Under the pieces are notes generated by a model. It was not told the DNA's origin. It was given only the letters and a program-made list of their open reading frames with translations, and ran no database searches. A program made the translations under genes and the position numbers. Positions 25,930 to 26,012 of a stretch of DNA of 26,012 bases are shown here, piece after piece. Source of the DNA: Oligoflexia bacterium (GTDB lineage: Bacteria > Bdellovibrionota > UBA1018). The stretch's first letter is position 1, and every line of letters begins with the position of its first letter. The stretch is taken from assembly GCA_043732485.1 (NCBI GenBank), contig JAYTHP010000196.1, positions 1-26,012 on the forward strand. The letters are read 5' to 3'.

Positions 25930-26012
25930 TGGGGGCATCGAGCTAACTTAGCGCCGAGCTACCTCGGTACTATGATCGCCGTGGGCGGGCTTAACTTCTG
26001 AGTTCGAGATGG
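25930..26012 (-). rRNA. rrf: 5S rRNA, 3' ~83 nt (5' end outside the window)
   Basis: Minus strand CCATCTCGAACTCAGAAGTTAAGCCCGCCCACGGCGATCATAGTACCGAGGTAGCTCGGCGCTAAGTTAGCTCGATGCCCCC: conserved CGAAC..AGAAGT(G/T)AA loop C/B region, helix IV CCGAG-GTAG-CTCGG, 3' TGCC, then a T8 run. Confidence 0.9.

Noticed and set aside
25661..25951. 96-aa plus-strand ORF
   Set aside because: It runs antisense into the 5S rRNA, and its K/E/R bias comes from purine runs.
1..26012. CRISPR array, transposase/integrase, or target-site duplication around the inserted gene
   Set aside because: I found no regularly spaced repeats, mobile-element proteins or flanking direct repeats by eye; short ones could have been missed.

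Overview
Bacterial chromosomal window, almost all genes on the minus strand, most likely from a Bdellovibrionota/Oligoflexia-like (former deltaproteobacterial) organism; the taxonomy is inferred from gene order and motif style only. In transcription order (right to left): 3' part of a 5S rRNA; a large Cys-containing putative lipoprotein; a 45-aa highly basic ORF on the plus strand (not in the ORF track); a CarD-like regulator; a candidate structured RNA; a rhomboid-family protein; a small hypothetical; then trxB-lysS-lolC/E-lolD-[734-aa insert]-bamA-skp-lpxD-fabZ-lpxA-lpxB::lpxK-lpxL-DUF3108 lipoprotein-waaF-like GT9-GT4 (truncated, not in the ORF track). Standouts: (1) the gene between lolD and bamA encodes a signal-peptide-bearing, eukaryote-like ankyrin + RING-finger + C-type-lectin-like protein with a G10 tract in its 5' part and a (CT)11 repeat upstream; (2) LpxB and LpxK, consecutive lipid A enzymes, are one uninterrupted ORF; (3) a G-U-rich long hairpin behind a sigma70-like promoter; (4) a 5S rRNA with a non-canonical loop E. 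All calls come from reading motifs by eye; no searches were run.
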